A stretch of DNA of 64,000 nucleotides from assembly GCA_973895155.1 (NCBI GenBank), contig OZ316897.1:9137832-9201831 (forward strand), written 5' to 3'. The first letter of the stretch is position 1; every line of letters begins with the position of its first letter. Positions 61,864-64,000 of this stretch are shown piece after piece. The notes under the pieces were generated by a model. The model was not told where the DNA came from and did no database searches. It worked only from the letters and a program-made list of their open reading frames with translations. The position numbers and the translations under genes were made by a program. Source of the stretch: Marsupella aquatica (Eukaryota; Plantae; Marchantiophyta).

Positions 61864-64000
61864 ATCTGCAATTTCAATCGTGGAACGTACCAATAGGGCA
61901 ATCATTACCAATTGACTCAACACAAAGGGGCAGAGTACCACACCAAAAATCTCAGACACTACAAAATATAGAAACTTCCAACAAATCAAGCAGTAACGAA
62001 CAAGCCACCTACACCGATTTCACCGAAAATCTCAGACACTACAAAATACAGAAACTTCCGACGAATCAAGCAGTAACGAACGAGCCACCTACACCGATTT
62101 CAGTGGCACCACACAAAACACAACCCGCCCCTCTCTACTGCACGTTTCTTCATGTCAAAGTGAAGGATTGAGACCTAATTGCAATGCTCTCAATTACTAC
62201 AAAATTCCAAAAAACACACTCAAATGGTCGACACCAAATCCGGACCGAAGTGGAACGAGGGCACGAACCACAACAGAATGATCTCATACCAAACTCACCA
62301 AAACCATCCTCTTTGAGACAAGCACTATCAACCCTTATCCTCGACCGCTGCTGCCCTCGCAATCGCCCAATTCCAGCACACACTCACAAACGGTCGAGAC
62401 CAGATCAGGACCGAAACAAAACACGTGGACGAAACATGACCGATCTCCTACGATACTCACCAAAATCCTCTTTCGAGATACAATCTATCGTCCCCTGGAC
62501 ATCAACCCGTTGAGCTTGCTCGGCTCCTCTCCTCCACGATCGCTTGCTCGAGCTTTGTCGCATTTCAACGGACTCCAAGCTTCTTGATCTGTCTTGAAAC
62601 CACGCCCGACACATCGCCGAGAGACCGGCAACTCCAAGAGTCTACCTGGGTAAAGGAATAAGGGGGCTTACCAGAACTCTTCCACAATTTCATTTTAACT
62701 ATTCGATAGATTGTTTGTATCCCATTAGTCAGTTTCCTACCTAGTTAAAGACCCCATTCACCAGAATCTAATGGTCATCGTTAAATCTAGGTAGATCGAG
62801 CGGTCAGGAAATAATTCAAGAACAACGGATAAAGAATATTGGCAGCTTTCTCTCCTTCACAATGGCAAACAAAGAAAATTGTTAAAAAATACGCTGGGAT
62901 GGACCGACTCATAACATCAAAACAAATGCTCAACTACTATAGATAATACACTTTATGATTTTGATCAAATGTTTAGGGTTTAGGGATTAGGGTAGACAAC
63001 GGCTGTTTGGACTGGGGTTACGAGCCTGTAACCCTGTGGCCAGAAAGTGAGTCAGTTTTTCAGAGCGGTCTGGGAGCACCATTCCCACCAGCCCACCTCC
63101 AGATGGTTCTACATGTATAGGTACCCCCCATCAATTGCCTCCTTGTGGCTGGAGTCCCGGTTGGAGTCAATGAGCGAGCCTTTTTTAATGTCAAAAACAA
63201 ATTCCACATATGTGGCTTTATCAATTTCACCGCCAAATATGTAGTACTTAGCCACATTACTTCCTCCGATCACTTATTCTTAGCCAAGATAGGATGATTC
63301 TCTTCACATATAGGGAGAGTCCGTGTTAGATCTTTGTAACCACGTGCGATCCAAAATATGTATTTTTCATATAAATTAACTAAATTTTGAAAAGTGTAGG
63401 AGGCAAAAAAGAGGTGTTATAAACTCATGTTTATAGAATATGCTCTAATATATACTTTTTATAAAGTAAAATAGGTTATTAATATTGAAAATAAAGAATA
63501 TTCTTGTAATATTTTCTTTATAAAATAGGTCTATTTATATTAGGCTAAGATTGCACGCGGTACTCCAAAATATACACTTAATTAACCTCCCAAACATTAC
63601 TTTATCCGATCACTTATTTTTAGCCAAGATATGATGATTCTTTGCAAATATAGGGAGAGCCCATGATAAATTTAAGTGTAGGAGACTTGGATCCAAAAGA
63701 TGCTCCATTATCTCCTTGGTTAGAGTTGACAGCAACCACTTTAGCTATTTTTCAAAATCCTTTAAAACAAATGATGGGGTGGACCCCTCTTGGGTGTGCC
63801 CACTTGCATCTAGGAGTGTCTAGGTGTACAAGGAAGCACCCCTTTCCAGTATATAAATGCACAACAATCGAAGGACAAGCCTGTTTATCTTGGAGAGCAT
63901 AATTATAGGAATGCTTTAATAGATTCATTGCAAACACCAAGCTCATTATGAACACTGAAACCCAAGGTCACTCAGGGCAATGGGAGCCCAACCCTGTTTA

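Larger units (their letters stand above)
56895..64000. repeat. Tandem segmental array (at least 3 partial units) running off the right edge
   Basis: 56895-57545 matches 62701-63330; 57845-59345 matches ~60340-61900; ~59980-60645 matches 63335-64000. Confidence 0.9.

Overview
Eukaryotic nuclear DNA from a land plant, probably a non-seed plant or bryophyte (inferred from gene content, intron style and TTTAGGG tracts). Seven protein-coding genes can be reconstructed: the first coding exon of plastid RNase J (-), a GT43/IRX14-like xylan glycosyltransferase (+), a SOUL haem-binding protein (+), a Bet v1/PR-10/MLP-like protein (-), a TLC-domain membrane protein (-), syntaxin SYP61 (-) and a 15-exon inward-rectifier (Kir/IRK-family) K+ channel (+). 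The channel is almost invisible in the ORF track and belongs to a family that flowering plants are generally considered to lack. The intergenic DNA holds a young full-length Ty1/copia element, two related solo LTRs, a Mutator-like foldback element, MITEs, a truncated LINE and a TRIM with tRNA-derived LTRs. It also holds short interstitial telomere insertions, two loci with an unusual A-B-A'-B' interleaved inverted-repeat topology, and a tandem array at the right end carrying degenerate copies of a small gene with a HEPN-like RNxxAH motif. All gene models and alignments were made by eye; repeat boundaries are approximate unless TSDs are given.
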